Shown here: positions 42,610-52,587 of the stretch, in pieces | Position numbering within the stretch: the first letter of the stretch is position 1 | Layout: each line of letters begins with the position of its first letter | DNA from: a bacterium | GTDB taxonomy: Bacteria > Patescibacteriota > Minisyncoccia > 1-14-0-10-42-19 | Direction: 5' to 3' | Assembly: GCA_030690215.1 (NCBI GenBank) | Contig: JAUYHD010000022.1 | Location: 1 to 61,793, forward strand | DNA length: 61,793 nucleotides | Made by a program: the position numbers and the translations under genes | Notes under the pieces: generated by a model | The model's input: only the letters and a program-made list of their open reading frames with translations | Databases searched by the model: none | Told to the model about the DNA's origin: nothing

Positions 42610-45600
42610 ATGAAGGAAATGGCGGATATGGAGAAAAAAGAAGTACCGGCTCAAAAAACGATATTTCCTCAGATAGAAGAGGAAGTTCTTTCGTATTGGA
42701 CGAAAAACGATACATTCAAAAAAGTTCTTGCGAAAACAGCAAAGGGCAAGAAGTTTGTCTTTTATGAAGGCCCTCCCTATGCGAATGGCCGTCCGGGTAT
42801 TCACCATGTACTTGCGCGCGCCTATAAAGACGTTGTGTTGCGGTTTAAGACGATGCAGAGATATAGCGTGCCAAGAAAAGCTGGCTGGGATACGCATGGG
42901 CTCCCTGTAGAGATGGAGGTTGAGAAAAAATTGAATGTTCATTCTAAAAAAGAAATTGAGACATTGGGGATTGAAAAATTTATTGAAACTGCACGACATA
43001 GCGTTTTTGAGTATAAAAAGGATCATGAAAAGATGACACGACGCATGGGGTATTGGTTGGATTTGGAAAATGCATATGTCACAATGACCAACGAATATAT
43101 AGCGGGTTTGTGGCGGGTGTTTGGAGAGATCGCAAAGAATGGATATGTCTACCGTGATTACAAAGTGCTTCCGTGGTGTCCCCGGTGCGAGACCTCTCTT
43201 TCGTCGCACGAAGTTGCGCAGGGATATAAAAAGGTAAAAGACACCGCGATAACCGTAAAATTTCAAATTTCTAATTCTCAATTTCCAAACACATTTTTTT
43301 TGGCATGGACTACGACGCCGTGGACTTTGCCGGGGAATGTTGCATTGGCAATAAATTCGAAAGTTAGATATGTAAAAATAAAGCCACAAGACACAAATGA
43401 GATTTATATAGTAGCAAAAGATTTATTGCTTAAGGTTTTTCCAGAGTTTAATGGAGCAGATCTCGGGTTTATAAATGGGAAAGATTTAATTGGTTTAAAG
43501 TATGAACCATTGTACGAGACGAAGACTCAAGATAAAGAATCAAAGATATACGAAGTTATTGCGGGGGATTTTGTAACCACCGAAGACGGTACTGGTATTG
43601 TGCATATTGCGCCTGCGTTCGGAGCGGATGATCAGAAAGTGGGAAAGAAAAACAATTTGCCCACGCTCGTTACGGTTGGCGAGGATGGGAAAATGAAAAC
43701 GCCGGGATACGCATGGGACGGCAAAATGTTTTTTGAGGCAAATCCAATTATTATCAAAGATCTCGCCGAAAAAAAACTTCTTTTTAAAGAAAAAGTATAC
43801 GAGCATGATTACCCATATTGCTGGCGATGCAAGTCGGCACTCATGTATTACGCAAAAAATTCGTGGTTTTTAAAAACAACCGCGGTAAAAAGCGCGATGC
43901 AGAAAGAAAACGCAAAAGTAGATTGGCACCCCGATTTTATGGGAACAAATCGGTTTGGCGAATGGCTTCGTGAAAATGTTGATTGGGCGATTTCACGCGA
44001 GCGATATTGGGGCATGCCGCTTCCAATTTGGAAATGCGATGCGTGTGATTTGCATGAAATAGTTTCTTCTCTGGAAGATTTAGACAAGCGGGCAATGCCC
44101 GATACAACAGAGCTCTATGTAATGCGCCATGGCGAAGCGACACACAATGTAAATGGAGTTGTGGGACCTGCGATTCCTAAAACAGACAAGAAGAATGAGT
44201 TAACCGAAAAGGGTAAAGAGCAGGCAAAAAAAACCGCACAAACGCTCAAAGGAAAAATTGATGTTATCGTATGCTCGCCTTTGCGCCGCACAAAGGATAC
44301 GGCGCACATTGTATCTAAGGAATTAGGGGGACTTCCCGTGGAAGTGGAAGAAAGCATCCATGATATTGATGTTGGCGAATACACGGGGAAGAAAATCATA
44401 GAAGTTAATAAAATATTTCCGCGCGAAGAACGCTTTACGCATCCCTTTCCCAACGGTGAAAGCATGCGTGATGTCCGCGTTCGCATGATGAAAAATATTC
44501 GCGATATTCTTTTGCGTAACAAAGGCAAGCGGATACTTGTTATTTCTCATGGCGATCCGTTGTGGGAACTCTACGCCGCTCTTGAAGGAAAGAAAGAAGA
44601 AGATTATTTTGCCTCGTGGTATCCGAAAACGGGAGAAACAAAAAAATTAGATTTGCACAACTGGCCGTATAGCATGGAACGGGGCGAACTTGATTTTCAC
44701 CGGCCGTATATTGACGGTATTTTGCTTCAATGCAAAAAATGCAAAAAAGAGATGCGTCGTATCCCTGATGTCGCTGATGTCTGGTTTGATTCGGGCGCAA
44801 TGCCGTATGCGCAAAATTCAGATTCGTTACAAGTAATTGGAAATTGGAAATTGTCCTCCAAAGGCGGATCCGCCTCGGGCGGAAAAATTGAAAATTTGCG
44901 CAAGCATATAGATTATCCTGCTGACTATATTTGCGAGGGGGTTGACCAGACGAGGGGATGGTTTTATACATTGCTCGCGGTTGCCTCCCTCATGCATCTT
45001 CCGGTGCCGTACGAAAATGTAATAACGGTTGGTTTGGTTCTTGATAAAAAAGGCGAGAAGATGTCAAAATCGCGCGGTAACACTGTTGACCCGTTTTTAC
45101 TTTTTGAGCAGTATGGCGCGGATGCGGTGCGATGGTATTTTTATACGATTAATCAGCCATGGGACGAAAAATTATTTGATGAACGCGACGTGCAATCGGC
45201 CTCCCGTAAGTTTTTGATGATATTTTGGAATGTATTTCGGTATTGGGAAGGCATTACGCATAGCGCAAATTTAAAATTACAAATTCCAAAACCGAAATTA
45301 TTAATTAATATCTGGCTGTTGGCGCGCTTGCAAGAAGTTTCAATCTCTATAACAAAACACCTAGAAGAGTATGAAGTTGTAAAAGCGGCGCGTCTCCTTG
45401 AAGAATTTGTGGGAGAAGACATATCGCGCTGGTATGTGCGCCGTATCCGGGATGGTATGAAAATAGGAAAAGAAAACGAACGAAACGAGACCGATGCCGT
45501 GCTGGGTTTCGTACTGCGCGCAACTTCGCTTCTTGCAGCACCTTTCGCGCCGTTTATAAGCGAAGCGGTAGGAAGGCGTGCGGGCATACACCATAGCGTT

Positions 45601-46158
45601 CACGAAGAAACATGGCCGAAATATAAGGCGGTAGGCGTGAAGGAAAGGGTGTTGTTGGAAGACATGAAAGAAGCGCGGGGCATCGTTTCTTTGGCGTTGC
45701 AAGAGCGCGCAAAAGCCGGCATAAAAGTGCGCCAACCACTCGCTTCGCTTAAGCTCAAAGCTCAAAGCTCAAAGCTCAAAGCTGATAAAGAATTGCAAGA
45801 ATTAATAAAAGGAGAGGTGAACATAAAAGATATCGTATTTGATGCACATATAAAAAATTCAGTTGAGCTTGATACGGCGCTTACTCCGGAATTAAAACGA
45901 GAAGGATCGTTCCGCGAGCTTGTGCGGCGCATACAAGACATGCGCAAAGAAGCAGGTCTTACCCCCAAAGATTCAATTATTCTTCATATCGGAAGCGATG
46001 AAAAAGGAAAAGCATTTATTGATGAATACAAAAAAGATATTCAAACAGCGGTGACCGCGGAATCAATTGTTGAAGAGGCGCTTTCGCATCAGCTTTTTAT
46101 GAAGGCAGTCCTGCAGATTGATGATTACTATTTTGAAATTGGAATTATTAAAAAATAG
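42610..46158 (+). CDS. ileS: Isoleucine--tRNA ligase (type 2) with an inserted histidine-phosphatase domain
   Basis: PYANGRPGIHH (HIGH), CP1 editing motif TTTPWTLPGN, DWAISRERYWG, KMSKSRGN. Residues from about 500 to 690 carry RHGE, SPLRRT and SHG motifs. Confidence 0.95.
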   Translation: MKEMADMEKKEVPAQKTIFPQIEEEVLSYWTKNDTFKKVLAKTAKGKKFVFYEGPPYANGRPGIHHVLARAYKDVVLRFKTMQRYSVPRKAGWDTHGLPVEMEVEKKLNVHSKKEIETLGIEKFIETARHSVFEYKKDHEKMTRRMGYWLDLENAYVTMTNEYIAGLWRVFGEIAKNGYVYRDYKVLPWCPRCETSLSSHEVAQGYKKVKDTAITVKFQISNSQFPNTFFLAWTTTPWTLPGNVALAINSKVRYVKIKPQDTNEIYIVAKDLLLKVFPEFNGADLGFINGKDLIGLKYEPLYETKTQDKESKIYEVIAGDFVTTEDGTGIVHIAPAFGADDQKVGKKNNLPTLVTVGEDGKMKTPGYAWDGKMFFEANPIIIKDLAEKKLLFKEKVYEHDYPYCWRCKSALMYYAKNSWFLKTTAVKSAMQKENAKVDWHPDFMGTNRFGEWLRENVDWAISRERYWGMPLPIWKCDACDLHEIVSSLEDLDKRAMPDTTELYVMRHGEATHNVNGVVGPAIPKTDKKNELTEKGKEQAKKTAQTLKGKIDVIVCSPLRRTKDTAHIVSKELGGLPVEVEESIHDIDVGEYTGKKIIEVNKIFPREERFTHPFPNGESMRDVRVRMMKNIRDILLRNKGKRILVISHGDPLWELYAALEGKKEEDYFASWYPKTGETKKLDLHNWPYSMERGELDFHRPYIDGILLQCKKCKKEMRRIPDVADVWFDSGAMPYAQNSDSLQVIGNWKLSSKGGSASGGKIENLRKHIDYPADYICEGVDQTRGWFYTLLAVASLMHLPVPYENVITVGLVLDKKGEKMSKSRGNTVDPFLLFEQYGADAVRWYFYTINQPWDEKLFDERDVQSASRKFLMIFWNVFRYWEGITHSANLKLQIPKPKLLINIWLLARLQEVSISITKHLEEYEVVKAARLLEEFVGEDISRWYVRRIRDGMKIGKENERNETDAVLGFVLRATSLLAAPFAPFISEAVGRRAGIHHSVHEETWPKYKAVGVKERVLLEDMKEARGIVSLALQERAKAGIKVRQPLASLKLKAQSSKLKADKELQELIKGEVNIKDIVFDAHIKNSVELDTALTPELKREGSFRELVRRIQDMRKEAGLTPKDSIILHIGSDEKGKAFIDEYKKDIQTAVTAESIVEEALSHQLFMKAVLQIDDYYFEIGIIKK

Positions 46159-46160
46159 CC

Positions 46161-46757
46161 ATGTCTTCTCTCATATACCACACTGACGCTATTGTGCTTG
46201 ATTCTTTTGATGTGGGAGAAACCGACCGGATATACGCTGTGTTTTCAAAAGAATTCGGATTATTGCGCGTGTCGGCAAAAAGCATTCGCGCCCAGGCATC
46301 AAAATTAAGGGGGCACACAACGCTTTTTTCTCATAGCCGTATTTCATTTGTGTTGGGGAGGGCGTATATGCGTTTGATTGATGCTGAAGAACTGGAAAGG
46401 CGGAATTTTTCCGGCGAACGGTTTTTTGCAGCCGGGCATATGAGCCGTTTTCTTTTGCGTGTCATCCAGGGAGAAGAACGCGATACCCGTGTTTGGGAAA
46501 TCGTTTCTTCCGCGTTGCGATTTTTGGGCACGCTTGAATCTCAAAAGAGAAACGCGTATGAACGCGACGCGTTACTGTCTTTTGAACTTCTGTTTAGCGC
46601 GCGGCTGCTCTATGTGTTGGGGTATGTTGGAGAAGACAAAAAAGATATAGAAAAATTGCTCCATGCTTCGGAGTGGGATATTTCTTTTACAGATAATGAA
46701 AAAACAGCCCTTCGTTCACTGGTGGACAAAGGGATGCGCGCAAGCCATTTGTGGTGA
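46161..46757 (+). CDS. recO: DNA repair protein RecO (short form)
   Basis: The N-terminal OB-fold pattern (..DAIVLDSFDVGETDRIYAVFSKEFG..) is typical of RecO. 198 aa. Confidence 0.7.
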   Translation: MSSLIYHTDAIVLDSFDVGETDRIYAVFSKEFGLLRVSAKSIRAQASKLRGHTTLFSHSRISFVLGRAYMRLIDAEELERRNFSGERFFAAGHMSRFLLRVIQGEERDTRVWEIVSSALRFLGTLESQKRNAYERDALLSFELLFSARLLYVLGYVGEDKKDIEKLLHASEWDISFTDNEKTALRSLVDKGMRASHLW

Positions 46758-46797
46758 TATATCGTCTTTAGGTAATTTTTTATATAATGAATATATA

Positions 46798-48750
46798 ATG
46801 TCTGCAGATAACGAAAGATTTGATAATAATAATTCCAACCACGCATCTGATGATGCGCTTGGGCGTTTGCGAAAACGTATTTATGGAAGGGAAGAAACGT
46901 ATGGGAAAGGACGCATCCAGCGTCCTGAGCTCTCGCCGTTGCGCGACCGGGTATCTCATGATTGGCACACGGTGGAAGAAGAAGAAATGACGCAGAAAAA
47001 AAATCGTCCGTCAAAAAAAATGTCATATCTCGTGCTTTTTTTGATAGGGAGCGGCGTTCTCGCGGTCATTACTGTTAGTGTCGCGGCATGGCTTATACTT
47101 TCGGGCGCGGGCGGCATTTCATTGGAAGGCGCAGAAGTATCTATTGACGCGCCTCGCGAAATTGCGGGTGGTGATTTTGTGACATGGGAAGTGCATGTGC
47201 GCAATAACGTTGGAAGCGATCTGGAAATCGCCGACCTTATTTTTGTGTATCCTGATGGCGCGCGTCCGGCGGTAGAAGAAGACAGAAAGACATTACGAAG
47301 GCGTATTTCCTTGGGGCCGCTGCGCCAAGGCGAAGAAATAACAAAAACATTTGAAGGTTTTTTGTTCGGAGAAAAAGACAGTATCAAGACCGCGCGCGCG
47401 ACATTTGAATATCGGGTGGCAGGAGCAAACGTGATTCTCGCGAATGAAGCTGAGGGAAAAACAAAAATTACTCAATCTCCGCTCGCGGTATTCATACAAG
47501 GCCCCGATATTATTAATTCAGGGGATGAAGCGCAGTTTATGGTAGAAATTTCTTCTCATGCCGATGACGTGCTTGAAAGCGCAGTACTTGTGCTCCAGTA
47601 TCCGGAAGGATTTTCATTTCTTGAAGCAACTCCGGCGCCGTCATTCGGCGACAATAAATGGATACTGGGCACTATTGGGCGCGGCGAATCAATACGCATT
47701 ACATTCCGCGGCATTATTTCGGGGGGTGAACAAGAAAATAAATTATTCCGCGCTGATATCGGGCAGGAAAAAAACAATGTTCTTTCGGTGTTGTATGGCG
47801 TTGACAGCGCGTCCGTGACGATTGCAAAATCATTTCTTGATTTTTCATATCTCGTGAATGACGGCACCCCGAATGTGCTTGCGCCGAATAGTTTTGTTGA
47901 TGTGCAGATTCGCTGGAAAAACAATCTTTCAGTGCCCATAGAGAATGCCGTGTTCCGCATGCACTTTGAAGGAAAGGGGTACACCGAATCATCCGTCATT
48001 GCGCCGAACGGGTCATATCGCGGTACGGACCAGACTATTACGTGGAACGCGTCTTCATACGCGCCGTTTGCGTTCCTTGAACCCGGAGAACAAGGAACGT
48101 TTAATTTTCGTTTTCGCGTGCCGCAGTCATTTCCAATCCACTCCGTATCGGATTCCAATTTTTTTGTTCGATTTGACGGCACATTAGAGGCGCTCAATCG
48201 TCCGCCGGGGTTTGAAAACACCGATATTTCTATACAGAAGCAGTATGAAATAAAAATAAACACTGATTTGCAGGTTGTACGCAAGGCGTTATATTTTGAT
48301 ACCGTGTTGCCGGGTACGGGGCCTTTGCCGCCTGAAGTGGGGCGGGAGACGATTTATACTATTGTTTGGTCTCTTGTGAATTCGTCAAATGATATTAGGA
48401 ATCTCACCGTAAAAGCATCGCTTCCCTCGTATATTATTTGGAAAGGAAGGGTAGATCCGCAGGGTTCGGGAATAACATATGATCCCGTAACGAACCAGAT
48501 AACGTGGTCTATAGATACGCTTCCGCAAGGGACAGGTATTATACGGCCGGTTCGCGAAATATATTTTCAAGTCGGGTACATTCCCGCAACAGGAGACGTG
48601 GGACAGCGTCCGATTATTTTGTCGGAGGTGGTTGCCGAAGGCATTGATGTGTTCACAGAAGCGTTGATCCGCGAAACTGCAGCTGCGCAAAATACAGAAC
48701 TTCGTTTTGACACGGGAACAGGACAGGACGACTGGCGGGTGGTGCCGTAG
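46798..48750 (+). CDS. Membrane-anchored hypothetical protein with repeated beta-sandwich-like segments
   Basis: TATAAT-like box immediately upstream of ATG 46798. One TM helix, then repetitive segments of about 110 aa. No catalytic motif seen. Confidence 0.5.
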   Translation: MSADNERFDNNNSNHASDDALGRLRKRIYGREETYGKGRIQRPELSPLRDRVSHDWHTVEEEEMTQKKNRPSKKMSYLVLFLIGSGVLAVITVSVAAWLILSGAGGISLEGAEVSIDAPREIAGGDFVTWEVHVRNNVGSDLEIADLIFVYPDGARPAVEEDRKTLRRRISLGPLRQGEEITKTFEGFLFGEKDSIKTARATFEYRVAGANVILANEAEGKTKITQSPLAVFIQGPDIINSGDEAQFMVEISSHADDVLESAVLVLQYPEGFSFLEATPAPSFGDNKWILGTIGRGESIRITFRGIISGGEQENKLFRADIGQEKNNVLSVLYGVDSASVTIAKSFLDFSYLVNDGTPNVLAPNSFVDVQIRWKNNLSVPIENAVFRMHFEGKGYTESSVIAPNGSYRGTDQTITWNASSYAPFAFLEPGEQGTFNFRFRVPQSFPIHSVSDSNFFVRFDGTLEALNRPPGFENTDISIQKQYEIKINTDLQVVRKALYFDTVLPGTGPLPPEVGRETIYTIVWSLVNSSNDIRNLTVKASLPSYIIWKGRVDPQGSGITYDPVTNQITWSIDTLPQGTGIIRPVREIYFQVGYIPATGDVGQRPIILSEVVAEGIDVFTEALIRETAAAQNTELRFDTGTGQDDWRVVP

Positions 48751-48799
48751 CGCAAGTCTTGTAGCATGGAGTGCACATCATGTAGTATGTAATGCATAT

Positions 48800-50134
48800 A
48801 TGGAGCAGGAAAAAATGGAACATATAATACGTTTTGCGAAGCGACGGGGATTTATATTCCCCGGTTCTTCGTTGTATGGGGGGCTGGCAGGCACGTGGGA
48901 TTACGGTCCCCTGGGGTTTCGTCTGAAAGAGAATATTCGGCGAGCGTGGCTTTCCTTTTTTGTGGATACGCGCGAACACATGCACGCCATAGATGCGCCC
49001 ATTTTGCTTCATCCGAGAGTGTGGGAAATGTCAGGGCATATAAAAGAATTTACCGATCCGCTCGTTGATTGTAAAAGCTGTAAAGGCAGATTTCGCGCAG
49101 ACCACATACAAGGGAATACATGTCCTACATGCGGTAAGAAAGAGCTGACCGATGCGCGACCCTTTAATATGCTTTTTAAAACATGGGCGGGCCCCCTTGA
49201 AGAAGAATCTTCGCAAGTATATTTGCGTCCGGAACATGCGCAGGGAATTTTTATTAATTTTAAAAATGTCATGGATACAGTGCACCCGAAATTGCCGTTT
49301 GGTATTGCGCAGATTGGGAAAGTATTCAGAAATGAAATTTCTCCGGGGGAATTCTTATTCCGCTCTCGTGAGTTTGAGCTCATGGAATTCGAATATTTTG
49401 TGCGTAAGGAGGATTGGAAGAACGCATTTGAATATTGGTTAGAAGAAATGTTGAAGTGGACGGATGTGCTCGGCCTTCCTCGTAAAAAAATTCATGCCAA
49501 TGATTTGCCTGACGGCGAGCGCGCGCATTATTCGTCTCGTACAGTTGATTTTGAATACGAATATCCGTCCGGAACGAAAGAGCTTATGGCGATTGCGTAT
49601 CGGGGCGATTACGATATGAAGCGGCATATGGAAGGGAGTAGTGTGGATATCCGTTATTTTGACGAAGAAAAAAAGGAGCACGAACTCCCGCATGCCGTAG
49701 AGCCGACATTCGGGCTTGACCGCGCGTTTCTTGCTGTACTTGCCCAATCATATGCCGAAGAACAAATCAACTCTGCTCGGGGTAAACAGGAAAAAGAAAA
49801 AGACACGCGGATTGTATTGAAGATCCCAAAGAAACTCGCGCCATTCCAAGCAGCGGTATTTCCGTTGGTTGCGAATAAAAAAGATATCACCGAAAAAGCT
49901 CGCGCAATATACGAACGATTGCAAGGTGAAATTGCTGTCGCATGGGATGATATCGGCAATATCGGCAAGCGCTATCGCAGGCAAGACGAGATTGGCACGC
50001 CCTGGTGTATTACAATTGATTACGATACGCTTGAGAACGGCACGGTAACCATACGCGACAGAGATACCATGGAACAAGAACGGGTATCTGCCGACGACAT
50101 CGTATTGTATATACGGGGAAAATTAAACACATAA
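48800..50134 (+). CDS. glyQS: Glycine--tRNA ligase (dimeric class II, GlyQS type)
   Basis: RRGFIFPGSSLYGGLAGTWDYGPLG, FRNEISP and a zinc-knuckle-like CKSCKG..CPTCG insertion. C-terminal anticodon-binding domain. Confidence 0.92.
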   Translation: MEQEKMEHIIRFAKRRGFIFPGSSLYGGLAGTWDYGPLGFRLKENIRRAWLSFFVDTREHMHAIDAPILLHPRVWEMSGHIKEFTDPLVDCKSCKGRFRADHIQGNTCPTCGKKELTDARPFNMLFKTWAGPLEEESSQVYLRPEHAQGIFINFKNVMDTVHPKLPFGIAQIGKVFRNEISPGEFLFRSREFELMEFEYFVRKEDWKNAFEYWLEEMLKWTDVLGLPRKKIHANDLPDGERAHYSSRTVDFEYEYPSGTKELMAIAYRGDYDMKRHMEGSSVDIRYFDEEKKEHELPHAVEPTFGLDRAFLAVLAQSYAEEQINSARGKQEKEKDTRIVLKIPKKLAPFQAAVFPLVANKKDITEKARAIYERLQGEIAVAWDDIGNIGKRYRRQDEIGTPWCITIDYDTLENGTVTIRDRDTMEQERVSADDIVLYIRGKLNT

Positions 50135-50138
50135 CCAT

Positions 50139-51434
50139 ATGAAAAAGAAAAAATTATCTTTCAAAAAAACGCTTCCGAATGGCCTTCGCATTATTGTTGC
50201 CCCCATGAGAGCAACGCAGGCAGTAACGCTTTTGGTGCTGGTAAAAACCGGTTCAAAATATGAAACAAAACGTACAAACGGCGTATCGCATTATTTGGAG
50301 CATCTCTTTTTTAAAGGAACGACGAAGCGCCCCCGCCCAGAACAAATTGCGCGCGAGCTTGATAGGATGGGCGCGCAATTTAACGCGTTTACTCTTCGTG
50401 AGACTACGGGGTACTGGGTAAAGAGCGCTACAAAGCATTTTGATACATCTTTGGATATCATTGCGGATATACTCCTTGATCCGCTGTTTGAAAAAGAAGA
50501 AATAGAAAAGGAGCGCGGAGTTATTGCCCAGGAATTAATGATGTATGAAGACATGCCTCAGCGCAAAGTGTTTGACGTATGGGAAGAGCTTTTGTACGGC
50601 AACCAGCCTGCAGGATGGCCTATCGGGGGAACGGTAGATACTATGCGGGGGATTACGCGTAATGACATTATGAAGTATCGCGAAAGCCAATACGTTGGTA
50701 CAAATACGGTTATTGTTGTTGCGGGGAACATTGATCCTTCTGTCGCATTTCAGAAAATCGGGAAAGCGTTTGCTTCGTTTAAGCGCGGCCACCCAAAAGG
50801 GAAACACGGCGTGAAGGAACGGCAGATAAAACCCGCACAAAAAATATTCCATAAAAAAACCGAACAGTCGCATGTAGTTGTAGGTGTCCGGGCGTATGAT
50901 ATGTATGATGATCGCAGATATGCATTGGGGCTTTTGAGCGCTATTTTGGGGGGCACTATGTCATCCCGTCTTTTTGTTGAAATTCGTGAACGGCTTGGGC
51001 TTGCCTATTACGTGCAATCAGGCGTTGAGTCGTATACGGACTCGGGGTACATTATTGCCCGTGCGGGAGTTAAGCATGATTCAGTTGCGCTTACGACCAA
51101 TAAAATTTTGGAACAATTTTTTGATATGCGGCTAAAAGGGCCCACTGATGAAGAAGTATCATTTGCGAAAGATCACCTCCGCGGATCGCTTGCCCTGTCA
51201 TTTGAGTCGTCTGACGAAATTGCCCAATTTTACGCCGAACGGGAACTTTTTTACAATGATAGTAAAACGCCGGAAGAAATAGTAAGGCGGTTTGAGAAAG
51301 TAACCAGGAATGATATTATACAGGTAGCGCGCGATGTGTTTGATTCTAAAAAAATAAACTTTGCGCTTGTAGGACCGCAGAAAGGTATTCATCTCTCAAC
51401 TCTTATTAAAGATGCTTCGCGGTACAAAAAATAA
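50139..51434 (+). CDS. M16 family (pitrilysin-like) zinc peptidase
   Basis: Inverted zinc motif HYLEH followed by ..E. Confidence 0.85.
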   Translation: MKKKKLSFKKTLPNGLRIIVAPMRATQAVTLLVLVKTGSKYETKRTNGVSHYLEHLFFKGTTKRPRPEQIARELDRMGAQFNAFTLRETTGYWVKSATKHFDTSLDIIADILLDPLFEKEEIEKERGVIAQELMMYEDMPQRKVFDVWEELLYGNQPAGWPIGGTVDTMRGITRNDIMKYRESQYVGTNTVIVVAGNIDPSVAFQKIGKAFASFKRGHPKGKHGVKERQIKPAQKIFHKKTEQSHVVVGVRAYDMYDDRRYALGLLSAILGGTMSSRLFVEIRERLGLAYYVQSGVESYTDSGYIIARAGVKHDSVALTTNKILEQFFDMRLKGPTDEEVSFAKDHLRGSLALSFESSDEIAQFYAERELFYNDSKTPEEIVRRFEKVTRNDIIQVARDVFDSKKINFALVGPQKGIHLSTLIKDASRYKK

Positions 51435-51463
51435 TCCACTGCTGTATACGCAGTAGCACATGT

Positions 51464-52498
51464 ATGGGTACTTCTAAACAGATAATTGAAATAGGGAGCG
51501 GTACGATTTTACGCGTCATTCTTTTTTTGTTGCTATTGGCGTTTTTGTATTTTATACGCAACATTCTTGCAATCGCGATTTTTTCCGTTGTAATTGCATC
51601 GGCCGTTGAGCCGGCAGCCGCCTGGTTTGCCCAGAGGAAAATCCCCCGCGTTATAGGGGTGCTTATTACGTATATTGCGGCATTTATTGTATTGACTGCC
51701 GCATTTTCGTTGGTTGTGCCGCCGCTTTTCTCCCAGTTTTCAAGTTTAGCAACGGACATCCCCGCGTTTATTGAAAACGTAACGGAACCTACGGTGCTTG
51801 CGGAGTATTTTCCTTCATTGCCTTCGTCCATCGGGAATCTTCTTGGGTCAATCGGGCAGGATCTCTCGCAGGCAATCTCCGGACTTTCGGGCGATTTTTT
51901 TCAGACAGCTTCGGGGGTATTCGGCGGGGCACTTTCTCTTTTTATCATTATTGTGCTTTCGTTTTATCTCTCGGTGCAGGAAAACGGAATTGAAAGTTTT
52001 TTACGCGTTGTAACGCCTCTTCATTATGAAGAATATGTGTTGAGTGTGTGGAGGCGCTCAAAACGGAAAATCGGGCGTTGGATGAGGGGGCAGATTTTAT
52101 TAGGCGTGCTTGTAGGGGTTATGAGTTTTTTGGGCCTCGCTATTTTGCAGGTTGATTTTGCGTTGTCCCTGGCGATACTTGCCGGGGTTTTTGAATTGAT
52201 TCCCATGTTTGGAGCAACGCTCGCGGCGATTCCTGCCGTTATTCTCGCATTTCTCCAAGAACCGATTTTGGGTTTGCTGGTTCTCGCGCTCTATATTATT
52301 ATTCAGCAGATTGAAAATAATTTGATATATCCCATTGTTATGCGCAAAGCCATAGGTGTGCATCCCGCGCTCGTTATTCTTTCAATGATTATCGGCGCGC
52401 AGATGGGGGGAGTTGCGGGGGTGCTTCTCGCAGTCCCTATTGTTGTTGTGCTTGTAGAAATATCAAATGATATCATTGCCGAAAAGCACACGACATAA
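51464..52498 (+). CDS. AI-2E family transporter (PerM/UPF0118)
   Basis: About 8 TM helices in the layout typical of the family. 344 aa. Confidence 0.8.
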   Translation: MGTSKQIIEIGSGTILRVILFLLLLAFLYFIRNILAIAIFSVVIASAVEPAAAWFAQRKIPRVIGVLITYIAAFIVLTAAFSLVVPPLFSQFSSLATDIPAFIENVTEPTVLAEYFPSLPSSIGNLLGSIGQDLSQAISGLSGDFFQTASGVFGGALSLFIIIVLSFYLSVQENGIESFLRVVTPLHYEEYVLSVWRRSKRKIGRWMRGQILLGVLVGVMSFLGLAILQVDFALSLAILAGVFELIPMFGATLAAIPAVILAFLQEPILGLLVLALYIIIQQIENNLIYPIVMRKAIGVHPALVILSMIIGAQMGGVAGVLLAVPIVVVLVEISNDIIAEKHTT

Positions 52499-52587
52499 GC
52501 TCAAAGCGTAAAACGAAAAGCTCAAAGCAAACGTTTAGTACAAGATTGGTTTTGAGTTTTACGTTTTGAACTTTTAGTTTTTATACT

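Noticed and set aside
42595-43389. 264-aa antisense ORF inside ileS. Similar long antisense ORFs lie at 3217-3867, 27768-28274, 47556-48284, 37364-37966 and 14821-15348
   Set aside because: These are shadow ORFs opposite well-supported genes with clear family motifs. They have no RBS or motifs of their own.
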